Origin: the human T2T-CHM13v2.0 reference genome, Homo sapiens | Assembly (NCBI RefSeq): GCF_009914755.1 | Contig: NC_060936.1 | Direction: 5' to 3' (one strand) | Length of the DNA: 64,000 bases | Part shown: positions 60,861-64,000 of the stretch, one piece after another | How the letters are laid out: every line of letters begins with the position of its first letter | How positions within the stretch are numbered: the stretch's first letter is position 1 | Position numbers and translations under genes: made by a program | The notes under the pieces: generated by a model | The model's database searches: none | What the model was told of the DNA's origin: nothing | What the model saw: the letters and a program-made list of their open reading frames with translations, nothing else

Positions 60861-63800
60861 TTGATAAGCTATGCTGTCTTTCTAGATTGTCAAACATAAA
60901 GCATGATTTCTGTGCTTTTTTGATTTTTATACTACCAGACTTGCCCTATACCTGTGTGCCTTCTTTATTAGCTACCCATTATTAGTTTGGGCCCTCAAGT
61001 AAGTTTGTCTTTTCTTACCTAACATAGACAGAGTTGTTTTGATGCTTAAAACCAAAAACTCCAAAAGACACATGTATATGCATGCATGGCTTTCTATCTT
61101 AAAAGCAACAGGGATTCACTGAACAAGTTAAAATGTAATGTCATAATCCAATTGTATTAAAATAAGTCGAATATCTTATAGAGTGATCCTACATTCTAAT
61201 TTTATGAATTGGAAGTGTAGTAAAATTAATTTATTTAAAATAAGGATATTAGCAAAATGTCTTCAAGGTCCCAATGAATTGAGTCATGAATCTCATAGAA
61301 TTTTAGATATTAGGGAAGGGTAACACAGGAATGCTGTGCTCTCGTTATGATGCTAATATCAAATAAATCCTAACTGTAAATATTCATTCCAATTTTTAGA
61401 AACTGATTTCTATAATGTTATGACTAAGAAAATATATTCTGAAAGTCCCACAGAACTACTTTTCTATTCACTATTGATGTTAAAGTATTTCCAAAAATCC
61501 TGGTTAAACATTTGGAACTCCATTTTAAAGCTAAAAAAGAAGCTTTGAAAAACTAAGACTGGATTTTACATTTGATAAGACTGCCAATTACTTTTCAATT
61601 TGGCTGTTAAAAATATTTAGATAGTAAATTGAAAGTTTTTATATCTACCACTAAAAAGTGGTGTTTGTCCTCAGAATGTCTGAGATAGAAATACATGATG
61701 ACGCAAAGGCCTAAGAAAACTTTTAGTTACAGTGGCTGGAACTCAATATATATCTCCGAGAAGTAAAACAATACATACTGTCAACTTGGATTATTTCCAT
61801 AATTGTCTGCCTCTTTAAATCAGATTTTTAAAATCTGAAACTAATCGAAACAAAATAATAGTTTACTCATTATACTTGAAAACTGCAGATAAATTTTATT
61901 ATTATTTGTATATGTTAAACCTCTCCTAGAAAACATAGGACTAGATGTTATTGCACAAAACTAACCATAATTTTTTAGATTTTAGAATTCCCAAGGCAGT
62001 TAATAGAGTATAAGGATGATAATTTTGTTTTAGGCCATATAAAAGAAATTATGCTTATACAGATTTTTCTGTTTACCTTTTACAGAATAGTTGCATGTAT
62101 TTGTTTCTATGTGTGCTGGTTTATTGTAATTTGCTATTTTTTTCAGTAATCTCAATTGCAATGACTTCTTTCTATGTAAAGAGAGAATATTAGTAAATTT
62201 GGGACCATTGTTTATAAGTAAGGTTTGCCAAAAGGCTAATACATTCTTTTCTGTAAAAATATAATTTCATGTTTGCATTACGGAAGAATGAATTAACATA
62301 TGCAAATCCAATGACATTTTTGTTGGAGATCTTGCTGCATAACCCTATCATCTTGATCTACTTAAAGTGAAGTTTGTCCCTTTGTTTAAGTTCTAATACA
62401 ATTGCTAAGCAAGGACCTTTACTTAGGAGGTACTGTGGGGAATACAATTCAGAGATTCTGTGAATAAATTTTTGTCATTAACTTTGTCAATCACACTATA
62501 ATTCTTATCATAACTTCTCTCCCGGATGGAGTAGAATGATGTGGTAATTTCCTGCCAAGGTAAAATTGTTGGCCAGGAACTCCCTAACTTCTTAGTTTGC
62601 CCCAGCACAAGCCAGCCTGAGAGTTTAGATGCACAGAACCACTAAGATGTTTCAGGTTTTAACTGTCAGGTAGAGGGCCAAAAGCCGTCATAGAACAGCT
62701 AAGTATGGCTTGAATATTACTTTTAAGCAGAATACAAAAGGTGCTTGGCCTAATCAGAAAGTACTGCCTTGTCAAGTTTTAAGACTCCCCCAAAACAAGT
62801 TACCAGTGTCTATTTAGAATCCAGGAAAAGACACGTAAACTGTGAGCAATTAGGATGATTTTTATATTTTTCTACTATATTTCTTCAACAGTAAATATGA
62901 AAGAAATAGGCTTGTATTGCTTGTTTGCAGAATCTCACTCTTCTGTTATTAATCTCATTATTTGCCTAAGTGCTTACTATGTAATCATTAGATGAAGAAG
63001 TATACAACAATAGAAGGAAAATGTATGAATTCTAAACTAAGTTTATCTCTGAAGTCTGTCAATTATACATTTTCTTATTCCCCTAAACGAGGAGAGAATA
63101 TTACTTATAATTACATTATTTAGTTACTAGAAAGAACGGAAAGATCTAAACATAAGGTTCAAAATCATAATTAGATGGTTCCTTGCAGTGAGCTCAGTAA
63201 TCCATAATAATTTGATACAAACTGACATTTGGCTAAACCTGTGACAAGGAAAAAAACAAACTTTCATTGGAAAATAAGTAAATAATCTCCTAGGATCTTG
63301 AAGTATAGGCTAAAATTAAGGGTTTTTCGAGCTGAAGATAAGCTGATAAGTGTTACAGCACTTTCCTCCAGACTTTCAGCAAGCCCACAATCTACAATAG
63401 TCCCTAGTATTCCTTTTATTTTGCTCTATCACTTGCTTTTCTTTTTCTTTTTCTTTTTCTTTTTTTTTAAACTCCCCAGTGACTGAAGACATTTTTCTTA
63501 ACAGGTGATTTTTCAATGAAATGTCATTTTGGCTTTGTGAGTATCCTTAGTGGCATGTACCAAATGACTCATTTCATTTGTGACCAGGGCCAAATTCAAA
63601 TTTAATTTTCCAGAGGGGACAAGTTAATGTATAACCTATTGTGCCACCTGGCATCCTAAATTAAATTTCCTGAACTTTTTTCACTGAGAACAGAATCAGG
63701 TATATTGCTGTGTAAAGGCATTTTCAAGTGTCAGCTGTGACTTTGATCACTCTTATAGTCATATAACCTTTTTGTTAGAACTAATAAATAATAAATACCC

Positions 63801-64000
63801 AAGATTCTTAATTTTGAAAATAACAATTGAGTTATTTGGCTCTATGGAATTGCAAATGCCTATATTCTGAACATTACGGAAATACTAGAAGTTTTCACTT
63901 GGACTTTCATTAAAACATCATATATCCAAATGATATGCTTTATGAATACAAACTTAGAGTAAAATTTTAATTTGAAATTCAAACCCAAACAAATTTAATT

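Overview
AT-rich, repeat-dense primate (most likely human) genomic DNA, intergenic or deep-intronic. I find no intact protein-coding gene. Almost all of the supplied ORFs are pieces of L1, Alu, Tigger, the pseudogene or simple repeats, or are chance ORFs. The only gene-derived sequence is a near full-length processed pseudogene of RALA on the minus strand (30477-33090). It retains 5'UTR, an intronless CDS and 3'UTR, has a poly(A) signal and probable TSDs, and is disabled by a 26-bp deletion of the switch I region and a 1-bp deletion. The rest is layered transposon history: ten Alus, young L1PA 3' ends (one with a twin-priming 5' inversion and TSDs), old L1M/L2/MIR, Tigger1, MER1A, MER58, MER47, MER5, a MADE1 hairpin, a putative ancient solo LTR and MaLR-like LTR remnants. 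The most unusual stretch is a ~1.3-kb array of 34-bp units (42246-43555). It has a CpG-rich core, CpG-depleted flanks rich in (U)GCAUG motifs on both strands, 20-bp deletion units and a 102-bp higher-order repeat. It lies just downstream of a cluster of TF motifs, inside a ~10-kb repeat-poor block. Several small templated or inverted duplications are also visible. Sequence alone does not establish a new biological system; the 34-bp array and its neighbourhood is the best candidate for follow-up. Repeat subfamily calls come from remembered consensus sequences and need RepeatMasker/Dfam confirmation.
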